Source: Eubacteriales bacterium
Lineage (GTDB): Bacteria; Bacillota; Clostridia; Oscillospirales; CAG-272
Length of the DNA stretch: 64,000 nucleotides
Reading direction: 5' to 3'
Assembly (NCBI GenBank): GCA_045577755.1
Contig: JAZNJA010000252.1
Span: 14,271-78,270 of the forward strand
Shown here: in pieces, positions 7,762 to 15,119 of the stretch
Numbering within the stretch: the first letter of the stretch is position 1
Layout: every line of letters starts with the position of its first letter
Notes under the pieces: model-generated
Told to the model about the DNA's origin: nothing
Databases searched by the model: none
The model's input: the letters and a program-made list of their open reading frames with translations, nothing else
Made by a program: the position numbers and the translations under genes

Positions 7762-9975
7762 ATGCGATCCATTTCCATCCGCGCTCTTGCTTCCCTGCTG
7801 GCACTCCTGATGCTGTTCTCCTGCGGCCTCATGGCCTGTGACAAGGGAAACACCCCCGACGACACCACCGACACGACTACCGAGGACACCACCAAGGCCC
7901 CCGAGACCGACGCCGACACCGAGGCACCCACCGAGGGTGAGACCGAGGCCGACACCGAGCCCGGTACCGAGGCTGACACCGAAGCCGGCACCGAGGACAC
8001 CACCGAGGCCGATACCGAGGGCGGCGACGAGCCTGCTCCCGAGATCCAGGTCATTACCATCGCCGAGGCGCTTGAGCTCTGCGGCAACGAGTCGGGCTTC
8101 ATCTCCACCGAGCGTTACTACATCCGCGGTATCATCCAGACCGTGACCAACGGCACCTACGGCGCTATGGTCATCGCCGACGAGACCGGCTCCATCTCGG
8201 TCTACGGCACCTACTCCGCTGACGGCTCCATCGGCTACGCCGAGTTCGAGTACAAGCCCGCCAAGGGCGACGAGGTGCTGCTCCACTGCATCCTCCAGAA
8301 CTACAACGGCACCAAGGAGGTCAAGAACGCCCGCCTGATCGAGTACAAGAACAACCAGGCCGACATCGACGTCTCCCAGTACAAGGAGGCCACCCTCTCC
8401 GAGGCCCGCGACGCCGAGAAGGGCGCCAACCTCAAGATCACGGGTACCGTCGCCCGCATCACCTACGCCACCGGCATGAAGCCCAGCGGCTACATCCTTG
8501 TCAATAACGGCGTGTCCATCTACGTCTACGACGGCGATTCCGCCCAGCGTGTCAGCATCGGTAACACCGTCACCGTAGCGGGTACCAAGGACTACTGGAT
8601 CCTTGACTCCGAGATCGACGGCGCACAGAAGTTCGGCTACAAGGGCTGTAACCAGCTCACCGATTGCATCCTGGTCTCCAACGACAATAAGGTCTCCGAG
8701 ATCGACTTCAGCGGCGTTTCCGAGATCACCGTCAAGGAGCTTCTGAACACCCCCGTCACCGAGGACATCACCACCCAGATCTTCAAGGTCAACGCTCTGG
8801 TCAAGGAGGTTCCCGGTAACGGCTTCACCAACTACTACTTCTTCGACATCGACGGCGAGACCGGCAACTACACCTACTCCCAGTGCAACGGTAATGATTT
8901 CGAGTGGCTCCGCGCCTTCGACGGCAAGATCTGCACCGTCTACATCACCGCTCTCAACGCCAAGTCCACCGGCACCTCCTGCAACTTCCGCTTCCTCCCC
9001 GTGGCCGTGATCGACGAGGGCTACAAGTTTGACACAAGCAAGGCTCCCGAGTACGTGCTGGAGTACCATATTATGGATCTCTTCAAGACCGAGTACACGG
9101 GCAACCCCTTCATGGAGGTCCCCACCTCTGTCTCCTCCTCTCTCCTGGGCTTTGAGAACGCTACCGTGACCTACAGCTCCTCCAATGAGGCTTCGGTCAA
9201 GTTCGTCAACACCGACGGCAAGCTGGTCATGGAGTGTCTCGCCGCAGGCAAGGCGACCGTCACCGTGACTGTGACCTACAATGGCAAGTCCGCCTCTGAG
9301 ACTCTGGAGATCACCGTGGTGGATCCCGCCGTCATGGATGCCACCAACGTGCAGGACGCTATCCAGTCCGAGCTGGGCGAGGAGATCTCGGTCAAGGGCA
9401 TCGTCGGTCCTTCCCTGGTCAACCGCAACGGCTTCTACCTCATCGACGAGACGGGTCTGATTGCCGTCATCGTCAACGACGTGGCCATCTTCGCCGATAT
9501 TGAGATCGGCCAGGAGATCGTCATCAAGGGTAAGCGGGACAAGTTCCACAACAATGAGGGCAGTCACGCGGGTCAGACCGCCATTACGGGGGCTACCGTC
9601 ATCGCCAACTACTACGGTCAGCACGCCTACGACGATTCCCTCTTCGTTACCGACAAGACTCTGGCTGATTTCCATAATCTGGACGTCACCGTGGACTACT
9701 CCACCACCGTCTTCGTGGTGAAGGCCACCGTCAACTTCCAGGAGACCGCCTACTACACCAACTGCAACCTGACCGACGCAAGCGGCAACAAGGTCACCCT
9801 GTACTGCTCCAGCGGTAAGCAGTACGGCTTCCTGAAGCAGTTCGCGGGTCAGGAGGTCACCCTGGAGCTGGCCGCCTGCAACTGGAATAACAAGACCTTC
9901 TGGGCCGGCTGTGTGCTGTCGGTCATTACCGAGGACGGGAAGGTCGTCAACAGTTTGAATTTCGATAACAACTGA
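7762..9975 (+). CDS. Large lipoprotein with acidic T/E/D linker, several OB-fold-like modules and an Ig-like segment; no catalytic domain seen
   Basis: Track start 7753 is GTG; ATG 7762 sits 6 nt after GAGGTG. Lipobox LFSCGLMAC. About 55-aa TE/TD-rich linker. Recurrent modules of the type found at N-termini of secreted nucleases (ITIAEALEL..YYIRGIIQTVTNGTYGAMVIADETGSISVYG; KITGTVARITY..GYILVNNGVSIYVYD; ISVKGIVGPSLVNRNGFYLIDETGLIAVIV). ATVTVTVTYNGKSASETLEITVVD looks Big_2-like. Confidence 0.7.
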   Translation: MRSISIRALASLLALLMLFSCGLMACDKGNTPDDTTDTTTEDTTKAPETDADTEAPTEGETEADTEPGTEADTEAGTEDTTEADTEGGDEPAPEIQVITIAEALELCGNESGFISTERYYIRGIIQTVTNGTYGAMVIADETGSISVYGTYSADGSIGYAEFEYKPAKGDEVLLHCILQNYNGTKEVKNARLIEYKNNQADIDVSQYKEATLSEARDAEKGANLKITGTVARITYATGMKPSGYILVNNGVSIYVYDGDSAQRVSIGNTVTVAGTKDYWILDSEIDGAQKFGYKGCNQLTDCILVSNDNKVSEIDFSGVSEITVKELLNTPVTEDITTQIFKVNALVKEVPGNGFTNYYFFDIDGETGNYTYSQCNGNDFEWLRAFDGKICTVYITALNAKSTGTSCNFRFLPVAVIDEGYKFDTSKAPEYVLEYHIMDLFKTEYTGNPFMEVPTSVSSSLLGFENATVTYSSSNEASVKFVNTDGKLVMECLAAGKATVTVTVTYNGKSASETLEITVVDPAVMDATNVQDAIQSELGEEISVKGIVGPSLVNRNGFYLIDETGLIAVIVNDVAIFADIEIGQEIVIKGKRDKFHNNEGSHAGQTAITGATVIANYYGQHAYDDSLFVTDKTLADFHNLDVTVDYSTTVFVVKATVNFQETAYYTNCNLTDASGNKVTLYCSSGKQYGFLKQFAGQEVTLELAACNWNNKTFWAGCVLSVITEDGKVVNSLNFDNN

Positions 9976-9986
9976 TCGTATTCTCC

Positions 9987-10023
9987 AAAGGATACCTGCT
10001 TTTCGCGGGTATCCTTTTTTTTT
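9987..10023 (+). terminator. Intrinsic terminator of the multi-OB lipoprotein gene
   Basis: 10-bp stem GGATACCTGC / GCGGGTATCC (9990-9999 / 10005-10014) followed by nine T. Confidence 0.85.
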
Positions 10024-10358
10024 CAAATTTGGGTTTATCGGTGGGTTGCCACGTCCTTTGCCTTCTCCAGCGGAGAAGGGGGACCGCGAAGCGGTGGATG
10101 AGGAGAGCATTTGTAACCCAACTTATTGGGATTACAATTACGTTCCTACAACCATACGGATATGCTCGCCAAAATGGTTGATACAACTGTATTTTTGAGG
10201 TTTCTGAAATCCGAAAAGCGGTAGGAAAGTTAGCTGCTCACCCGGAACGCTGGCCTACAAGTGCTCTCCTCATCCACCGCTTCGCGGTCCCCCGCATCCG
10301 CACGCGGATGGCACCGCATGGGGAAGGCAAGGGAACGGACCGATAAACTGCAATTTCT
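10023..10358. repeat. Repeat-family copy A (long inverted-repeat type)
   Basis: Termini TCAAATTTGGGTTTATCGGTG (10023-) and ACCGATAAACTGCAATTT (-10356). Perfect 32-bp inverted repeat GGGGGACCGCGAAGCGGTGGATGAGGAGAGCA at 10078-10109 / 10262-10293 around a 152-bp AT-richer centre. Arms carry short GC hairpins (CCTTCTCC-AGC-GGAGAAGG, CCGC-GAA-GCGG). Confidence 0.8.
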
Positions 10359-10416
10359 CCTCCATTCTCCCCCCTTTCGGCAATATGCCGATATTTGTGA
10401 AAATCGCCCGTATCGG

Positions 10417-10445
10417 TTGACAAAAAAGCGCTCCCATTGTATAAT
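10417..10445 (+). promoter_or_regulatory. SigA-type promoter, 1425-aa lipoprotein gene
   Basis: TTGACA (10417-10422), 17 nt, TATAAT (10440-10445). 43 nt upstream of ATG 10489. Confidence 0.8.
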
Positions 10446-10488
10446 ATAGGTAATCTCCGGCTCTGTCCGCTGAAAGGAAGCTGATACC

Positions 10489-13400
10489 ATGAAACTCAAA
10501 CGTCTGCTGATCCTGACCCTATGCCTGACCATGACCCTGGGAGGAGCCTTGACCTCCTGCCGTCAAGGCGGCGGAGACACCGACACCTCGGGGCAAGCCA
10601 CCGATACCCCCACCTCCCCCTCCGAGACCGATTCCGACGGCTCCGGGGAGGGTACCGAAAAAGACACCGAAAAGGAGGACGAGCCCGTGATCGAGCCTAC
10701 CCTGACAGGCCCCTACGCCGACACCATCATGCTGTCCAACCGACTCTCCAACGGTGTCCGGGCCTACTATGCCAACCCCAAGCGCACCCATTACCGCATT
10801 GAGAACCGGAATATGGCCCTGGAGTACGCCCTCTCCTCCTCCAAGGACAATCTGGTGACTGCCCTGACCACCCCCGACGGGAAGGTCTACCTGGAGAACA
10901 CCATGGACGTCTTCGTCCGCATGGAGAACGGCAAGACCTACATGGCCTCCCAGTCCACCGCCGCTCCCCATACCAACCTCTACCGCCTGGGCTACTACTA
11001 CTACGACGCCCACATCATGGGGCAGAACTTCATGGGCGGCTCCAGCGTGGTCAAGGAGATGGATTTCATAATCAATAAAGCCTCCATCAAGAACCACGAC
11101 GTGAGAGAGTTCTCGGTCAAGGATGGGGTCATCACCTACACCGCCACGGGCGTCGATCCCTACGTCTACACCCCTCTCAACAAGAGCAAGGAGGGCTTCT
11201 GCTTCCCCGCCGAGGAGTACAACGCGGTGCAGTTCTCGGTGAAGGCCGCCTCCAGCAGCGAGGGCTACCTCTACTTCATCGCGGGCGACCGCAACGGCCA
11301 CAGCTCCGAGCAACAGGTCCGCTTCGATCTGGAGGCCAACGGCGAGTGGAACACCTACACCGTGGCCATCAACACCGTGGAGGACTACTTTGGCATCGTC
11401 ACCTCCCTGCGCTTCGATATCGGCAGCGAGGGCGAGCAGATCCAGATCAAGGACATCAAGGCGGTCAAGCTCAACACCGAGGCTCCCGCTCTGCTTCTCG
11501 ACCGCACCTTCCACACCTACTCCGACAAGATGAACCAGGTGCTCCACTTCGTCGCCACCGAGGAGATCTCGGGCATCGACGGGCTGGGCATGATCACGAG
11601 CATTCCCGCCGACAAGGTGGCCAAGCTCATCGTCAAGGACGCCAAGGGGACTCATGAGTCTCTTGACGGCGTGGACTTCGCCACCTGCGAGTATCTGGCC
11701 TTCGATATCACCGACGCGGGTATCCTGGGCTTCATCCTCCTGCCCCACGAGAACAGCGGCAAGCTGGAGGTGACTCTCGCGGAGGGTATCTATACCGTCA
11801 CCCAGACCGCAAGGCCCGAGGACGGCGTGATCCGCTTCGATCCCAATACCACCGCCGACGACTTCTACATGGGTCACCGCCTCTACACCGAGCAAACTCA
11901 TGACTTCGCCAACTTCCTCCGCGAGGCCGAGTTCGAGCGGCATCCTCTGGAGACGGTCAGTGGTAGCTCCTACGCGGGCTACGACGTGCTCCGCGGTGCC
12001 TACAAGTTCAACATCGGCGGCACCGGCTTCAACGAGCCCTTCTTCACCGAGCAGAACCGTCATTACTCCTCCGACGTGACCGTCCAGGGTGGGGACACCG
12101 ACCGCAACATCTACGTCTACACCTACTTCACGGGTGGCTGTGGCGAGAACGCCCTGGTCCTGGACAAGAACGATATGCTCCTGCCCATCCCCGTCATGAT
12201 CTACAAGAACTTCAAGGGCGAGAACGAGGAGCCTATCTTCGATCCCGGCGATCCCTCCTACTCCGAGGCCTACTTCCCCGTGTCGGTGAAGGCGGGTGCC
12301 ACCACCGAGCTGACGGTGCTGAACCTCTACATGAACTGGGGTCTGGTGCCTCTGAAGCAGCTCTCCTCCATCCAGTTCTTCTGGCCCTACTATCATCTGT
12401 CCCTGGGTACCACCGAGACCAGCTGTATCAGCCCTCTGTACGGTGCCCGCGATCTCTGGACCCTCCCCGACTTCCGCTCCATGTCCATGCCCTACTGGTT
12501 CGAGCTGCCCGAGGGCGAGGGCTACGGCAATCAGCCCCAGCACACCCACGGCGGCTACCAGTATTTCCTCCAGTACACCGACAAGGACGGAAGCTACGCC
12601 GCCACCGAGAACTACCAAAACACCATTCTCTCCTCGGGTCCCGTCTACACCGACGTCAAGATGGACTATATCTCGGACGACGGCCGCATCAAGGTCTCCT
12701 ACAACCACCTGGAGATGCCCGAGACCGACGAGCTGCGGGCCTACTACGAGATCCACTACGAGGTGCTGGAGGATATCTCCATCGCCGACTTCTCCCACGA
12801 TTTCTCCTTCTACTCCCTGGAGGGCTACGCGGGCAAATACCGCAAGATCGGCTATGTGGGTGAGGGCAACCAGATCGTCCACGGCAACACCAACATGAAG
12901 GACACCCCCGAGGTGCTCAAGCTGGGCGATCTCTTCCCCTACGTGGCTCTGTACGATCTGGGCAACGCCGCTTCGGGCTGGGAGAAGAACAACGTCAACC
13001 TGGGCTTCATGATCTACGATTCCGACTTCACCATCGGCGGTCAGAAGTGCGACGCGGGCTTTGTCATGGTGGGCGCCAACGCCCGATACAGCCTGTCCCT
13101 GGATCTGGATGCCGTCACCCTCAAGAAGGGCGACACCATGAAGCTCTGCCTCATCATCTCCCCTTGGGGCTTCTACAACTCCACAGATGATTCCAATATG
13201 CAGAGAATGCGGGAGAATACCTGCGTGAATGGTCTGAAGCTGACGGTGCAGGACGGCGAAGCTATGGAGAGCGTGTATCTGCCCAAGGTCAAGTCCACCA
13301 ATGGTAAGTCCGCCGAGTTCACTATCTCGGGCGGCTCCAACAACAAGGCCGTCCGCGTGTACGGCTTTGAGAAGATGACCGCGCCTGTGGTCTATGAGAA

Positions 13401-14766
13401 GGTGGACGGCAAGTGGGTGGAGCTGACGATCAACTCCTCCAAGACCCCCGACAAGAAGGGCCACGCCCACTACTACGACGGCTACGCCATCTACTACGAC
13501 CGAAACGGCACCTACTCCTACGCCTTCGCCTTCAACATGGACGGCGCCGAGAGCCGCACCTTCAGGATCGTGGCCGAATCCGACTTTGCGGGCTGGCCAG
13601 GCTCCGAGGAGGATATCCTCACCAACTCCATGAACGTCTATCACGAGGCCGAGGTCCTGCTTCAGGCCACCAAGACCTCCAACTTCCCCGGTAAGGCCGA
13701 GCTTTCCGAGGATAAGACCTACGTCCGTCTCTACGGCCCCGGGGACGCCGCAAGCGAGGCCTTCTTCCAGGCCTACTCCAACTCGGATATGAGCCCCACG
13801 GGTCAGTATCTGGCGGTAAAGTACCGTCTGCCCAAGGAGAACTCCGAGAAGGTGAATTTCGAGTTCTTCATCAGCACCGAGCATCACAGCGCCCACGCGG
13901 GGGACAGCTTCCACGTCAACGAGCTGATCGCTGACGGGAGCTGGCACGTGCTGCTGGTGGACGTGGCGGATCAGCATCTGCCCACCTTTGAGGCCGACTC
14001 CTCCGGCTCCTACACCGCGCTCCACGTCCGCTTTGACGTCTTCAACGTCACCACCTCCCCCGAGACCTACGTGGATATCGCCTACCTGGGTCTGGCCGAC
14101 AGCCTGGAGGATATCTGCCGACTCAACACCAAGGGTGTGGGCGAGATCTACAGGGGCGGCGCCATCGCGGGCACCATCGACTTCTCCACAGGCGAAGCCC
14201 CCGAGGCTGACGACAGCACCAGCCCGGGCTACTACGTGGATCCCACCTCGGGCTGGACGGTTTCCGACGTGCGCTACGCCTCCATGATCGACTTCATCAA
14301 CGGTCACGGCGACGGAGACGGTCCTTATAACTCCCGCGGCACCAACACCGACAAGCCTCTGGACTTCATCGACTACAAGAACACCACCGTGGACGGCGGT
14401 AAGCTGGCTCTGGCGGGTTGGGCCATCGCCGAGGGCGGTATTGACAAGTATATGTGGACCGCTGACGGCGGCAAGACCTGGAACGAGTGTACCCTGTACA
14501 ACCGAGGCGGCTTCTCCGACGTGACGGGCAATCCCGGCATCTACGATTCCGCCAAGCAGTTCTTCTCCTCCACGGGCTACGACGTGGCCACCCATCCCGA
14601 CAAGATCGTGTTCCAGGGCTCGGAGAATATTCCTTCGGGTGTATGCGCCGACCTCTCCGCCTTCGCGGGGCAGACCGTTGACGTGGTCTTCGCTCTGGTG
14701 CCCAACGAGGACGCCGACGGGCTCTGCGTCATGGCGGTGATCCGCGGGGTTGAGGTGACTCCTTGA
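10489..14766 (+). CDS. Giant (1425 aa) secreted lipoprotein, unknown function
   Basis: ATG behind an AAAGGAAG RBS and a perfect promoter. Lipobox LTSC followed by a D/T/S/E-rich linker. Two similar beta-sandwich-like segments ending ...LRFDIG / ...HVRFDVF. One Asp-box-like motif (TADGGKTW) near the C-terminus. No enzyme family recognised. Confidence 0.75.
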   Translation: MKLKRLLILTLCLTMTLGGALTSCRQGGGDTDTSGQATDTPTSPSETDSDGSGEGTEKDTEKEDEPVIEPTLTGPYADTIMLSNRLSNGVRAYYANPKRTHYRIENRNMALEYALSSSKDNLVTALTTPDGKVYLENTMDVFVRMENGKTYMASQSTAAPHTNLYRLGYYYYDAHIMGQNFMGGSSVVKEMDFIINKASIKNHDVREFSVKDGVITYTATGVDPYVYTPLNKSKEGFCFPAEEYNAVQFSVKAASSSEGYLYFIAGDRNGHSSEQQVRFDLEANGEWNTYTVAINTVEDYFGIVTSLRFDIGSEGEQIQIKDIKAVKLNTEAPALLLDRTFHTYSDKMNQVLHFVATEEISGIDGLGMITSIPADKVAKLIVKDAKGTHESLDGVDFATCEYLAFDITDAGILGFILLPHENSGKLEVTLAEGIYTVTQTARPEDGVIRFDPNTTADDFYMGHRLYTEQTHDFANFLREAEFERHPLETVSGSSYAGYDVLRGAYKFNIGGTGFNEPFFTEQNRHYSSDVTVQGGDTDRNIYVYTYFTGGCGENALVLDKNDMLLPIPVMIYKNFKGENEEPIFDPGDPSYSEAYFPVSVKAGATTELTVLNLYMNWGLVPLKQLSSIQFFWPYYHLSLGTTETSCISPLYGARDLWTLPDFRSMSMPYWFELPEGEGYGNQPQHTHGGYQYFLQYTDKDGSYAATENYQNTILSSGPVYTDVKMDYISDDGRIKVSYNHLEMPETDELRAYYEIHYEVLEDISIADFSHDFSFYSLEGYAGKYRKIGYVGEGNQIVHGNTNMKDTPEVLKLGDLFPYVALYDLGNAASGWEKNNVNLGFMIYDSDFTIGGQKCDAGFVMVGANARYSLSLDLDAVTLKKGDTMKLCLIISPWGFYNSTDDSNMQRMRENTCVNGLKLTVQDGEAMESVYLPKVKSTNGKSAEFTISGGSNNKAVRVYGFEKMTAPVVYEKVDGKWVELTINSSKTPDKKGHAHYYDGYAIYYDRNGTYSYAFAFNMDGAESRTFRIVAESDFAGWPGSEEDILTNSMNVYHEAEVLLQATKTSNFPGKAELSEDKTYVRLYGPGDAASEAFFQAYSNSDMSPTGQYLAVKYRLPKENSEKVNFEFFISTEHHSAHAGDSFHVNELIADGSWHVLLVDVADQHLPTFEADSSGSYTALHVRFDVFNVTTSPETYVDIAYLGLADSLEDICRLNTKGVGEIYRGGAIAGTIDFSTGEAPEADDSTSPGYYVDPTSGWTVSDVRYASMIDFINGHGDGDGPYNSRGTNTDKPLDFIDYKNTTVDGGKLALAGWAIAEGGIDKYMWTADGGKTWNECTLYNRGGFSDVTGNPGIYDSAKQFFSSTGYDVATHPDKIVFQGSENIPSGVCADLSAFAGQTVDVVFALVPNEDADGLCVMAVIRGVEVTP

Positions 14767-14787
14767 TCTCATAGTCCTCTTTTAGGC

Positions 14788-14831
14788 AAAAAAAAGAGCA
14801 GGCTTCCCTTTTGGGGAGGTCTGCTCTTTTG
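14788..14831. terminator. Bidirectional intrinsic terminator
   Basis: Stem AGAGCAGGCTTCCC / GGGGAGGTCTGCTCT (14795-14808 / 14813-14827). Eight A upstream (a U-run for the minus strand) and TTTT downstream. Confidence 0.8.
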
Positions 14832-14834
14832 ATT

Positions 14835-15119
14835 ATAGTTGAGGTCAAATTTGGGTTTGGCGGTGGGTTTGTTAACCGAAACAAGGATAAAACCGCTATG
14901 CACGCGTACTCCTTCACCCGCCTGCGGGCGGGAGCTCCCTCCCGGAGGGAGCCTTAGGAGCGCGGGGCAAAATCACTTGTCGGATAACGAATTTCCGCGG
15001 GTCTGGGCAAAAGGCTCCCTCTCCGAGGGGGCTCCCGCGAAGCGGGTGGGGGAGTCATCACGAGAAGTGAGGCACTCTTTTCTGTCAGCCCGATAAACCC
15101 CAATATGAATCTCAACTAT
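14835..15119. repeat. Repeat-family copy B (long inverted-repeat type)
   Basis: Termini ATAGTTGAGGTCAAATTTGGGTTTGGCGGTG (14835-) and GCCCGATAAACCCCAATATGAATCTCAACTAT (-15119). Arms about 14911-14953 / 15013-15056 with hairpins CCCGCC-TGCG-GGCGGG, CTCCCTC-CCG-GAGGGAG, CCCGC-GAA-GCGGG. Core CCGCGAAGCGG(G)TGG shared with copy A. Confidence 0.8.

Noticed and set aside
7838-8146. Pro/Arg/Thr-rich 102-aa ORF and apparent DNA periodicity at 7860-8040
   Set aside because: It is an out-of-frame reading of the acidic TE/TD linker of the lipoprotein. The periodicity is codon-level low complexity (GAC/ACC/GAG), not an independent tandem repeat or gene.
7687-10110. 807-aa minus-strand ORF opposite the multi-OB lipoprotein gene
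   Set aside because: It is an antisense shadow. Composition is dominated by G/V/D/L/A/H runs typical of the reverse frame of GC3-rich genes. It has no RBS or promoter. Its first 30 codons are read from repeat copy A. The plus-strand gene has a promoter, RBS, lipobox and terminator.
10519-14772. 1417-aa minus-strand ORF opposite the 1425-aa lipoprotein gene
   Set aside because: The same antisense-shadow signature applies: V/G/H/D-rich, no signal features, no start context. The plus-strand ORF is supported by a perfect promoter, RBS, lipobox and terminator.
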